From Myxococcales bacterium (lineage in GTDB: Bacteria > Myxococcota_A > UBA9042): a stretch of DNA of 64,000 bases. Both the position numbers and the translations under genes were made by a program. Below, piece by piece: positions 36,323 to 45,570 of the stretch. The stretch lies in NCBI GenBank assembly GCA_037441385.1, contig JBBISH010000020.1:98-64097 (forward strand), given 5' to 3'. The notes under the pieces were generated by a model. It saw only the letters and a list, made by a program, of their open reading frames with translations. It did no database searches and was not told where the DNA came from. Numbering within the stretch: position 1 is the first letter of the stretch; every line of letters starts with the position of its first letter.

Positions 36323-38422
36323 CTACATGACAGTGAAGGCGACCTTGACCTGGGGACTCTGCGCGCCGCCCTGATCCATCCCCAAGTAGATCTGGCCTGC
36401 CACTTCGTATTCGCCGGACTTGTCCGGGACCACGGTTTGTGTGGGCGCATCAGTGACCTGCGCAGCGCCGAGAATCCAGGTCGCCGAGCCCGCTGGCCGC
36501 TTGGTCACCGTCCAGCCATAGCTAACGGGTGAGCTCGCGGGATAGCCACCAAAGCTGGTGATACTTACCGCCAACTCCACCGGCTTGCCGGCGACGATGT
36601 CGGATTGCGTCGTAGTGACGCCGATTGCCGCCTTTGGGGGCGCGGGCTGGCCCAACAACGCAATTTCCGCCACAAGTGCAGCCGCCTCAACCACCGGCTC
36701 GGTACTGCACGCGCCAGCCGCGAAGGTGCCTGGGCAGTAAGTCACCAGCAGTTCGTCCTCGAAGATTCCGGACTTAAACGTAGGGGCATCATACGACACG
36801 TCGAAGGTCAACAGCCCGTAAGGAGGCAGCGTGGTGGGAGCCAGGCCGGCGCTCAGACTGAAATGGGCCGAGGAATCTTGGCACGACTGGCTGTAGCTAT
36901 TGCTCGGCTGGGTGGCGCAAACATCCAAGATGGTGAGGTTGCTACAGCTCTGGTTCGCGACCGCAAATGTCGACTTCCAGGTCCCGCCGAACGGGACCCT
37001 AACTACCTGTAAGGATGGGGCAAGACTGAGTTGCGGAGTCGCGCACGGACCTGGCACGATCGGGATGGTCTGCTGACCGGCGACATCCAGGCTGCTGTAG
37101 CCAAACCGCACGGTCGCCGGGGGGCCCAGCACCTTTGCCTCTGGGGCGAACGTGACTTGCAGGTTGATGCAATCCTGGCTGGCCAACGTTGTCTGTGCCT
37201 GCGGGGCCTCCATGTTATGGAGCATGGCCACCTTGTACACCGAGAGGTTTGAGGCGGTGTCCGCAGCTCCATCGCCGTCGATCTGCACGTCCTGGACATG
37301 CACCGCTGAAGGACCCTGGTTGCAGAGCGTGCACACGGCAGTGGTGGGCACGGGCTTCGGAAACGAGAACATGGAGACACCACTCGGGTTGCCGCAGTCG
37401 ATCGCCAACGTCCCTGGTTCGGGCAGGCTAACCGCGAGCTTTGCCAAGCACTTGCCGGGGGGCATATCGAAGAAGACACTCAAGAGCGCACTTTCGGGTT
37501 TTGCCGCCCCCACCGAATGATACTTGACACAGACATGCGCCGCCGGGATGAAATTCGAGTTGCGCTCAGTGCTAACACCAGGAAGATACTCGCCATATTT
37601 GGGTGGCATCACGATGCTAAATGGGCCGTCGGCCGGGTCGATCGCTGCGTCCGCGACAGTAATCCCACCTACGCCAATGTTGTAGACAGTCAGACAAGTC
37701 GATTGTGTCGTGCCCCCCGCGGATTTGGCAAAGGTGACCAGCCCGGGTTCGAGCCGGCAATCTGGTGCAAAGCCAAAGCAAAACGTACGAGGCGGCTGCC
37801 TGAGATCATTCGTAATCACCGTCAGCCGCAGGGGGGCGATGTCTAGACTGTGGCTTGGCGAGTACCCGATGTTGAACGTGGCGCCAGGACCGTTGGCCGG
37901 AACGGCGGCCAGCCAACCTGCTTCAATTGGGCAATTTTCTTCGTCTTTCTTGAGGTCCCACGGTGGCACCACCTCAATCTGGTCATTGGCATCCTCGACG
38001 ATCCAGCGCAAACACAGTGGCTTGACATGGCCGGCACAGGGCACAGCGGTGTTGCGGATCAATAGCTTGTGGTGCTGACTCTCCGCGTAGGAGTCGTCGT
38101 GGTGCGCAAACGTGGTGCACGTACCAATCGGCGGCGGCGGCTGACCGTCGATCGTGGCAAGCTGGTGGGCCGTCGCTTCCACCCAGCAAGCGTTGGATTC
38201 AACGGTGGCCTCAACTGCAGGCTGCGACCAAGGCCCATCGCTGCAAGCGCCGCTCCAGAGCCCCGTGCTAAGCCAAGTCGTGATCAGCAAGGCTGTCCAG
38301 TTTGACCGCCGAACGCCCGACTGCTGGCATATACCAGGTTGATTTGATTGCCAAAGGCTCAAGCTCGTCTGTAGTTTCGGCACGGTCACTCCATGGCTGT
38401 GGCCTAAGCGGGTGTGCAACAA
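36323..38422 (-). CDS. Secreted/lipoprotein with tandem Ig-like (choice-of-anchor D / ASH-type) domains and C-terminal PKD-like domain; start uncertain
   Basis: Repeated xxNxGxxxLxI patterns (VYNIGVGGITV, LCNQGPSAVHV, VANQSCSNLTI), YGWTVTKRPAGS, PDKSGEYEV. Confidence 0.7.
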   Translation of the reverse strand: MLHTRLGHSHGVTVPKLQTSLSLWQSNQPGICQQSGVRRSNWTALLITTWLSTGLWSGACSDGPWSQPAVEATVESNACWVEATAHQLATIDGQPPPPIGTCTTFAHHDDSYAESQHHKLLIRNTAVPCAGHVKPLCLRWIVEDANDQIEVVPPWDLKKDEENCPIEAGWLAAVPANGPGATFNIGYSPSHSLDIAPLRLTVITNDLRQPPRTFCFGFAPDCRLEPGLVTFAKSAGGTTQSTCLTVYNIGVGGITVADAAIDPADGPFSIVMPPKYGEYLPGVSTERNSNFIPAAHVCVKYHSVGAAKPESALLSVFFDMPPGKCLAKLAVSLPEPGTLAIDCGNPSGVSMFSFPKPVPTTAVCTLCNQGPSAVHVQDVQIDGDGAADTASNLSVYKVAMLHNMEAPQAQTTLASQDCINLQVTFAPEAKVLGPPATVRFGYSSLDVAGQQTIPIVPGPCATPQLSLAPSLQVVRVPFGGTWKSTFAVANQSCSNLTILDVCATQPSNSYSQSCQDSSAHFSLSAGLAPTTLPPYGLLTFDVSYDAPTFKSGIFEDELLVTYCPGTFAAGACSTEPVVEAAALVAEIALLGQPAPPKAAIGVTTTQSDIVAGKPVELAVSITSFGGYPASSPVSYGWTVTKRPAGSATWILGAAQVTDAPTQTVVPDKSGEYEVAGQIYLGMDQGGAQSPQVKVAFTVM

Positions 38423-38819
38423 ATCAGATCACTTGGAGACGAACAGGAGCACAAGGTCGACGGCGGAGCAACTTGGTGTTACATAAAGGTTACGGCCAAC
38501 CACAGCACCAAGACGAACCGCCGTAAACAGGATGAACGAGGAGGCGCTTGCGCGCAAGATCATGAACGCCGCTGAACAGCTGACCCGCGTTAGCGATGCT
38601 GGCCACGTTGGGGTGGCGGCGCGGGGGGCGACGCCACCGCCGGGAGCCGGCGGTCCGGGTTACGCAGGACTTGGCGACGACCGGCGGCCGCAGCGCGTCG
38701 GCCCGGCGCGGGGGCCAGAACTTGCCCCCCAATTTTCAGAAAATGCCCCGAAAACTCGACGCGCGCCGGGCCGAGACGCCCAAAAATGCTTTGCGGATTG
38801 AGGGGTAGAAAATGCCCTT

Positions 38820-38882
38820 GGGGACCCCGGTTCGGGCCCGAAGAATTACCGGAGTTTTCGAGCCGAATCAAACGGATTCCGC
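38820..38882 (-). repeat. Left-half copy of repeat family A
   Basis: Reverse complement reads TCGGCTCGAAAACTCCGGTAATTCTTCGGGCCCGAACCGGGGTCCCC. Confidence 0.75.
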
Positions 38883-39025
38883 ACGCACACAAAGAGAGTG
38901 CTCGGCGCCTGCGACCTGCGTACGAGGCGAAGCCCCATGGGCTCGCCCCGCCGTGGCCGTGACCGCGAGCGGGGATCGACCTGGCTGTGCAGTTATTTGG
39001 CACAGTTGTTTGGCCAAGCCTACCG

Positions 39026-40105
39026 CTACAGCGGCCGCCCATCGCCCACCGTCACAAACGCCGCCCACAGCGCCGGGTGCCGCCATTGGCCGCCGCCGCG
39101 CTGGCCGCGCAGCATCTCCAGCTGCACCGCTCGCAAAGCCGCGCCGCGCGGTTCGCCTGCGCCGATGCGCGTATACCAGGCCACCATCAGGTCGCGGGTG
39201 GCGTCGTCGTCCACGTCCCACAGGCTCATCACCAGCGTCTCGGCCCCCGCCAGGACCAGCGCGCGGCACAGGCCAAAAACGCCTTGGCCGTTGCGCGCTT
39301 CGCCCACGCCGGTCTGGCAGGCCGACAGCACCACCACCCGCGTGCCCCACAGGTCCAGGCCAGAGGCCTCCAGCGCGGTCAAGATGCCGTCCTCGTCGCC
39401 GGAACGGCGCTGGTTGGCCCCAGCTAGGGCAATTCTCGAGCGGGGCAGCGGGTCTTCCCAGCGCACCGGCTTGGTGGTGGCCGGAGGTGCGGCGGGCGGG
39501 AGCAGGTCGTCGGCAAACAGCGCGGCGCCGCGGCTGGCGGCTGGAGTGGGCGCAGTGTCGGGCAAATCGTTCAGGAAGGACCCGTGGGTGGCGATGTGCA
39601 GGAGAGCGGGGCCATGGGCCGCCTTCAGCTAGGCTTCGCGGGCCGCCGCCCCCAAGGTGCAGGCGGGCGCCAGTCAGCAGGGGGGCAATCGCGCGCGCCT
39701 CGTCCTCGGCCCCCGGCAGTGGCGAGAAGGACAGGACCCCGCGGGACAGGTCGCGCGATAGGCCGCGAGTCGGGGCGACCGCCTTGCCGCCAGATTGGCC
39801 GTCACCTGCGTCGTCGTAGGCTGGATTGGCCAGCACCAGAGCCGGGTTGCGGGGCGTCGAGCGCGTCGCCAGCCGCAGCAGGTCGCGGCCCGAGGCCACA
39901 TAGGTCACGTCCAGCGACTCCAGCACCGCCTTGCCGTCCGCACCCACCACGGCTGCAAACGGCACCAGCGACAGCGCGCCATCGGGCGACAGGATCACGT
40001 GCGTCGCCGTCCCCAGCGCCGGGCGCAGCGGATCCCACACGGCCGCGCCCACTTGCCGGGCCAGGGCCGCCACTTCGGCATCCGGCCGCCGCTGGGCGAT
40101 GGCGG
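39026..40105 (-). pseudogene. CHAT (caspase-like) domain pseudogene, 5'-truncated, with frameshift and amber stop
   Basis: ILSPDGALSLVPFAA and FSPLPGAEDEA in one frame; LLHIATHG, VVLSACQTG, SLWDVDD, HPALWAAF in another; shift in a G5 run near 39649-39653 and in-frame TAG at 39629-39631. Confidence 0.85.
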
Positions 40106-40293
40106 TGCAAGGGAGGGGGGGGTCAGGTATTGACACTTGACACCTTTGGGCGAGCCGGAGCCCCAACCAGGACCTATGGGACCCGCGCAGCCGCGCGGGG
40201 ATCAGTGCCAACACAAAAGACAACTTGACCCGTCGCATCCGGCCTGTGTACCTTGCCTCCTGGGCCATACGGCCCCGCGCCCCTCGTCACACC

Positions 40294-40878
40294 ATGTCCA
40301 AGCCTCAGAACAGCCTGGCTGCCCCCGGCGGTGGCGCCGTCGTCGCGGCGCGAACCGTTGGCGTTGCGGGCAAAGCCATGGGATGGGCTGTTGTTTCACT
40401 GAGTTTCGCGACACTCTCGACCGGTTGCGTCGTCGAAAACGAGCCCCGCTCGTGGGCCAAAGTCGATCGCCAGGTCTTCGAATGCGCCGTGCAGCCGATC
40501 TTCTCGCGCGAGTGCTCGATGCCGGCCTGCCATGGCAGCCCGGCGCGACGGCTGAAGGTTTTGTCGCCCGGCCGGATGCGCCTGCCGGCCGAGTTGAGCA
40601 AAGCCTTGGCCGCGCAATCCGCCGACGATCGCGAGGCCGGCAACCATCCTGCCCTGACAAGTATCGAATTGGACTACAACTTTGTGCAAGCGCGCAGCAT
40701 GATCGCACCCGACCAGCCGCTGGCCGATTGCCCGCTGCTGAACCGCCCCCTCGCGGTGGCCGCTGGCGGCATGTACCACGTCCAGGGCGGCGATATCTTT
40801 ACCAATACTGCCGACGCTGACTACCTGACCCTGCAGGCGTGGATCCAAGGCCTGGGCAAGGAGCAGTTGTGCAAGTAG
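40294..40878 (+). CDS. Lipoprotein with cytochrome c-like CX4CH motif
   Basis: Lipobox STGC; VQPIFSRECSMPACHG; LLNRPL, HVQGG, YLTLQAWI pattern typical of myxobacterial monoheme-like domains. Confidence 0.7.
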   Translation: MSKPQNSLAAPGGGAVVAARTVGVAGKAMGWAVVSLSFATLSTGCVVENEPRSWAKVDRQVFECAVQPIFSRECSMPACHGSPARRLKVLSPGRMRLPAELSKALAAQSADDREAGNHPALTSIELDYNFVQARSMIAPDQPLADCPLLNRPLAVAAGGMYHVQGGDIFTNTADADYLTLQAWIQGLGKEQLCK

Positions 40879-40953
40879 GAAGAGTGCAAGTAGGAAGAGT
40901 GCAAGTAGGAAGTGTGCAAGTAGGAGGTATGCAAGTAGCAGCCGTGCAAGTAG
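40869..40953 (+). repeat. Six tandem 15-bp units (GTGCAAGTAGGAAGA consensus) at a gene junction
   Basis: Units start at 40869, 40884, 40899, 40914, 40929, 40944 and degenerate rightwards. Confidence 0.92.
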
Positions 40954-41909
40954 CCGCGGCTGCACGCCGTTTGGAGCTCCGTCCTGGGCTGGCGCTGCTT
41001 GCGCTGGCGGCGGCGACTCCGCTGCTGGTGGGTTTTTCGGCCACGGCCGCGTTCGAGACCAGCGCGGACTTGGGCGGCGGCGGCGGAATGTCGTTTACAG
41101 GTTCGCCGGTTTCGCACGGCTTGACGTGCGCCACCTGCCACCAAGGGCCGGCGCCCACCGGTGGCGTGGGCTTGGCCAGTGATCCCCCCGGCTTGTTCAG
41201 CAAAGGCTTTCAGCGGGGCGCGCTGTACCGCGTCACGGTGCGCCTGTCTCCCGAGCGCAAGGGCTTGGATCGCAACGGCAAGTGCACAGGTCACCTGGGT
41301 GGCTGCAACCGCAACGCCTTTGTGGCCGAGTTCCTGGTCGACAACGGTCTGCCGGCCGGGCAACTCTGCACAGACACTGGCGTCCTTTCGCAAAGCGGCT
41401 GTGACAACGAATCCGGCAAAGAGACCACGCTTTTCAGCTACGCCCGCGCGGTGGGCGGCATCTCGATGAAGGATCCCGAGCTGTGCGGCGCGGGAGTCAC
41501 CAGCAACTGCTTGGATTTGACAGGCATGTCCGACGAGCAGGCCGCAGCCGCGATCGGCGCAGCCGTAACGGCCCGGACCAACTGGACGTTTCAGTGGCGC
41601 GCCCCCAGTGCCAGCGTGCCGGTGCAATTCTGGCTTGGTCTGGTGGACGGCGATGGCGGCACCAAGGTCACCACGGATCACAACGACTACTTCGGCGACG
41701 ATACCTACCTGATTTCGCGAACTTTGTGGCCAGAGGGCCAGGAGCCACCAGCGGCTGCGACGGGCTGTGGGGCCGCGCGCGTGCCCATGCCGGGCCTTGG
41801 GCTGGTCGGTCTCTGGACGGGTCTTGGGCTTTGGCTGTGGCGCCGCAAAGCCGACGCAAGCTGCATCCGCCGCGCTAGCGACCGGGCAAAGGGGAGTCCG
41901 ACATGCTGA
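40929..41909 (+). CDS. Secreted Reeler-like (choice-of-anchor V-like) protein with one CXXCH and a C-terminal MYXO-CTERM-like anchor; start ambiguous within the repeat
   Basis: FTGSP...TCATCH, WTFQWRAP, DGDG; ends TGCGAARVPMPGLGLVGLWTGLGLWLWRRK. Confidence 0.75.
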   Translation: MQVAAVQVAAAARRLELRPGLALLALAAATPLLVGFSATAAFETSADLGGGGGMSFTGSPVSHGLTCATCHQGPAPTGGVGLASDPPGLFSKGFQRGALYRVTVRLSPERKGLDRNGKCTGHLGGCNRNAFVAEFLVDNGLPAGQLCTDTGVLSQSGCDNESGKETTLFSYARAVGGISMKDPELCGAGVTSNCLDLTGMSDEQAAAAIGAAVTARTNWTFQWRAPSASVPVQFWLGLVDGDGGTKVTTDHNDYFGDDTYLISRTLWPEGQEPPAAATGCGAARVPMPGLGLVGLWTGLGLWLWRRKADASCIRRASDRAKGSPTC

Positions 41910-43129
41910 ATTCCAAGAGCGCGGACAATTCCAAGAACACGCAAAAGGGCAACCGGTGGATCGGCTTGGCATTCCTTGGCGTTGCCAGCGTCTTGGGTTC
42001 GGGCACGGCCTTTGCCGCCACCACGTCGTGCGACATCGTCACCGGCGCGTCGTGCTGGAAGGGCGAAGGCTGCGATTGCGACCACGACGGCTACGTCATT
42101 TCGTCGGGCAAGGCCAGCAAGTATTGCCACTTTGACAAGTGCCCGATCGACGCCAACGACAAGGACGCCAAGGTCTTGGGCAAACCCTCGACCTACAACG
42201 CCGACGGCGACGGTTGGACCAAGAACTACGACTGCGACGACAACGATCCCTGCATCGGCAAGACCTGCGGCGAAAACACCTGCCCGGCTCCAGACCCCGA
42301 CAACGACAAAGACGGCTCGCCGGCCAGCAAGGACTGCAACGACAACGACCCCAACATCAAACCGGGCAGCGGCATTGCCTGCTGCGACTGCAACGTGTTG
42401 GCCGACCCGGCCAAGGTCGCCACCTTGGGCTGCAAGGGTTGTCCGCTGAGCGCTCCACCGCCCGACGCGGGCGCCACCGATGCTGGAAGTGCTGATGCTG
42501 GCTCGACAAGTCCCGACACCGCCGCGCCAGATACCGCTGCCCCGGATGTGGCTCCGCCGGACACCTCCGCGCCAGACACCTCCGCGCCAGACACTTCTGC
42601 GCCGGACACCGGTGCGCCCGACACGTTCAGCCCCGACCCCACTCAGTCCGACGCAGGCAACACGCCGCAACCCGATGCGGGCAATGGGCAATCCGGTGCC
42701 GACGCCTCGGCCCGCCAAGGCAACGGCGGGGCAATCCTGAGCGACGCTGGCGCGGTGACCGGCAATCCCAACGAGCTATACGTGGGTGGCGGGACCCTGG
42801 TAACCGGCGATCCACCCGCTCCGGGCTGCGCAGCTGGCCCCGCGGCAGCGGGTAACTCGGGTTGGTTGGGACTGATTTTGCTGAGCCTGCTGGCGCTGCG
42901 CCGGGTCGGTCGCCGCCACGGCACGCTCCTTGCTTTGGCGGTTCTGGGTGCGCTCGCGCTGAACTCGTGCGCCACGGTTCAACCCTGGCAGCGGCAGACA
43001 CTGGCGCATCGCTGCATGATCCTGGGGCGCAACGCGGGCGAGCAGACGTTGGAACAACACGCCTTTCAGTACCGCGAAGGCGCGGCGGGTGGCTTTGGCG
43101 GTGGCGGCGGAGGTTGCGGTTGCAACTGA
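41903..43129 (+). CDS. Fusion: Cys-rich MopE-like repeats, PDTSA linker, internal MYXO-CTERM, lipoprotein signal and DUF4266-type domain
   Basis: Signal peptide AFA; DCDDNDP / DCNDNDPNIKPG; PGCAAG...WLGLILLSLLALRR; LNSC-ATVQPWQRQTLA...REGAAGGFGGGGGGCGCN-stop. Confidence 0.85.
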   Translation: MLNSKSADNSKNTQKGNRWIGLAFLGVASVLGSGTAFAATTSCDIVTGASCWKGEGCDCDHDGYVISSGKASKYCHFDKCPIDANDKDAKVLGKPSTYNADGDGWTKNYDCDDNDPCIGKTCGENTCPAPDPDNDKDGSPASKDCNDNDPNIKPGSGIACCDCNVLADPAKVATLGCKGCPLSAPPPDAGATDAGSADAGSTSPDTAAPDTAAPDVAPPDTSAPDTSAPDTSAPDTGAPDTFSPDPTQSDAGNTPQPDAGNGQSGADASARQGNGGAILSDAGAVTGNPNELYVGGGTLVTGDPPAPGCAAGPAAAGNSGWLGLILLSLLALRRVGRRHGTLLALAVLGALALNSCATVQPWQRQTLAHRCMILGRNAGEQTLEQHAFQYREGAAGGFGGGGGGCGCN

Positions 43130-43264
43130 TACCAGTTCCGTCCGAATCGGATCGAAAACTCGGGCAATTCTCAAGGCCCGAACCGGGGTCCCCGCCTGAT
43201 TCTCGCCAGTTGCAAAACGGGTCAGAGGAAGGGTATAGGCGTGAATCAGGTGGGGTGCGTATGA
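43127..43264 (+). repeat. Full-length copy of repeat family A filling the intergenic space
   Basis: TGATACCAGTTCCGTCCGAATCGG...GAATCAGGTGGGGTGCGTATGA; closely similar to 61457-61594 and reverse 46874-47013. Confidence 0.9.
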
Positions 43265-44964
43265 ACCGGGCGACCTGGGCCGCGCGCCGCACCCACCTCT
43301 TTGCAAGGCCGGGTACGCTCTGGCTTTTTTTGGCGGTATGGGTCTTGGCGTGCTCGTGGGTCCTGCCGGCGATGGCGGCGCCGCAGCGCGTGGTGGTCTT
43401 GCCCCTGTTTCGCGGTGTGGGCATCACGGTGGCTCAGGCCAGCCAGTTGCAAGACGCACTGACGGTCGAGTTGATCAGCCACACCGACGCCGCAACCGTG
43501 GCGCTGGACAGACTGGATACCGGCAAGAAGGCCAAGCTGGTCGCGGCTTTGACTGCGCTCGGTCAACCCATGGGCCCGGCCAGTGTGCCGGTGCTGACCG
43601 GGTTGGCCCGCGCGACGGGGGCAACGCGGCTGCTGGTGGCGCGGGTCGACGCGGTCCGGGGCGGCGGGCGGATCTTGCTGGCCAGTGTGGGCAGCGAAGA
43701 CAGTCAGGTGACCCAGGCGGCCGAGGCACGGTGGTCGGGCGAATACCAGAGCCCGCCCGCCAACTTGCAAGATGCCGTGCAGCAATGGGCCGCCACGCGC
43801 GGCACTGGGGCTGCGGTGACGGCTGCCCAGTGGCCCGCCGGGGCTGTGCCCGCCGACGCAGCAGAACCAGGCGACACGCCTGCAGAACCGGCTGCCGAAG
43901 TCACGTTCGAGCCCACCCCCGCGCCACCCGAGGCCAGCGCGCCGCCCACGCCGATGGGTGTCACCGCCGAGACGCGCACCAACTACTATTCGGACAACGA
44001 CGGCAACCGCATCGTCACCCCCACGGTCACGGCGTCGGGCAGCATCGGCGAGCATGTCGCCATTGCCGGACACGCCGCACTGGACATGATGACCTGCGCA
44101 TCGGTCGACGTGATCAGTGCCGCGACCTCGCGCGGATACTTCAAAGAAAATCGCCAAGAATACGGTGGTTCCATGACCTTGAAGCGCGAGCAGCTGGGCT
44201 TGACCCTGGGCGCGGTGCACTCGCGAGAAAACGACTACTCGTCGGCCACCGGCTCGATCGCGCTGGTCGACGAATTCGCCAAGCGCAATGCCACGGTATC
44301 GCTGGCCTACAGCTTCACTGGTTCCAACGTGGGCCGCGCCCACGACCCGAATTTCTCGCGCCGCTTGGACAGCCACGCCCTGACCCTCAGCTACACCCAG
44401 GTGTTGGGCAAAGAGTGGGTGGGCCAGCTGTCCGGCTTTGTGGGCGTGCTGGATGGCTTTCAGTCCAGCGTGTATCGGTTCGTGCACTTTGCCAACGGCA
44501 CGGCAGGACCCGAGGTGGCGCCCGATTTCCGCCTGCGCGAGGCCGTGGCCGTGGAAGTCCGCGGCGCCTTGGCCGCCAGTTGGTTCTTGGCCAGCACTTA
44601 TCGTATCTACACCGACTCGTGGGGCGTCTTGTCGCATACCGGCGAAGTCGCAGTAACTTGGGCGCCTTTGGACTGGCTCAGCGTGCGCGTCCGCGACCGC
44701 GCCTACACCCAGCGCGGCTCGACCTTCTACAAAAGCGTCTACACTCAGCCGATGCGCTACATGACCATCGACCGCGAGCTGGGCGACATGCACGGCAACT
44801 TGGTGGGCGCCAAGATCGCCTTTGATTTGGGCAGCCCGGCGCGCACCACCGCGTGGCAGTTCGACCTGAAGTACGATTGGATGTGGCAACATTTCGACGA
44901 TTTTCCCTGGCTGACCGATCGCTACATGGCGATGGTCGAGGCGGGGCTTGGCTGTTCGTTCTAG
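43261..44964 (+). CDS. DUF3570-type outer-membrane protein with extra N-terminal alpha/beta domain
   Basis: YYSDNDG, SVDVISAATS, SRENDYSS, SYTQVL, YRIYTDSWGVLSHT, DRELG; terminal Phe; lies between DUF4266 and TlpA/ApbE. Confidence 0.8.
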   Translation: MNRATWAARRTHLFARPGTLWLFLAVWVLACSWVLPAMAAPQRVVVLPLFRGVGITVAQASQLQDALTVELISHTDAATVALDRLDTGKKAKLVAALTALGQPMGPASVPVLTGLARATGATRLLVARVDAVRGGGRILLASVGSEDSQVTQAAEARWSGEYQSPPANLQDAVQQWAATRGTGAAVTAAQWPAGAVPADAAEPGDTPAEPAAEVTFEPTPAPPEASAPPTPMGVTAETRTNYYSDNDGNRIVTPTVTASGSIGEHVAIAGHAALDMMTCASVDVISAATSRGYFKENRQEYGGSMTLKREQLGLTLGAVHSRENDYSSATGSIALVDEFAKRNATVSLAYSFTGSNVGRAHDPNFSRRLDSHALTLSYTQVLGKEWVGQLSGFVGVLDGFQSSVYRFVHFANGTAGPEVAPDFRLREAVAVEVRGALAASWFLASTYRIYTDSWGVLSHTGEVAVTWAPLDWLSVRVRDRAYTQRGSTFYKSVYTQPMRYMTIDRELGDMHGNLVGAKIAFDLGSPARTTAWQFDLKYDWMWQHFDDFPWLTDRYMAMVEAGLGCSF

Positions 44965-45039
44965 TTGAATGGCCGCGGGCATGGCGCGTTTGCTATGGCG
45001 GCGCTGCGCCGCGGACCGACGGCGATAGAGGAGACAACG

Positions 45040-45570
45040 ATGGTGACGACCCTGGTTTCGACCGTGACGTTGCTGTGGGCCTTGTGGGCGCCGGTTGGCG
45101 ACGCGACGACCCATCTGCAAGCGATGGCCACGCCCACGGTGGGGCAGAATGCGCCGGAAATTCGCGGCAAGTTGATGAGCGGTGCCGAATTCGACCTGGC
45201 CAAGAAGCGCGGCGAGGTGGTGCTCGTCGACTTTTGGGCCACCTGGTGCGAGCCGTGCAAGCTGAGCCTGCCGCGCTACGGCGCGCTCGAGAAGAAGCTG
45301 GCCAGCAAGGGCTTTTCGATCCTGACCGTCAGCGTGGACGAGGACGCGGACGCGCTCAAGCGCTTTATCGCGGCGACCAAGCTGGCGCTGGCCGTGCTGC
45401 ACGACGGCGATGCGAAAATCGTCGAGCGCTACGCACCGCCCAAGATGCCCACCGCCTACTTGATCGGTCGCGACGGCAAAATCGCCTGGACGCACGAGAG
45501 CTTTGTGCCGGGTGACGAGGCCAAGGTCGAGGCGGCGGCGCTTCAGGCGCTGAGCAAGGCTGCGCCGTGA
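45040..45570 (+). CDS. TlpA/ResA-family thioredoxin-like disulfide reductase
   Basis: VVLVDFWATWCEPC, cis-Pro loop KMPTAYLIGRDG; GAGGAG RBS. Confidence 0.92.
   Translation: MVTTLVSTVTLLWALWAPVGDATTHLQAMATPTVGQNAPEIRGKLMSGAEFDLAKKRGEVVLVDFWATWCEPCKLSLPRYGALEKKLASKGFSILTVSVDEDADALKRFIAATKLALAVLHDGDAKIVERYAPPKMPTAYLIGRDGKIAWTHESFVPGDEAKVEAAALQALSKAAP

Noticed and set aside
38532-38801. Small ORF starting MNEEALARKIMNAA
   Set aside because: Only the first ~20 residues look protein-like; the rest is low-complexity. Possibly a remnant but not supportable.
40869-40953. CRISPR array
   Set aside because: 15-bp period with no unique spacers and no cas genes; it is a tandem repeat.
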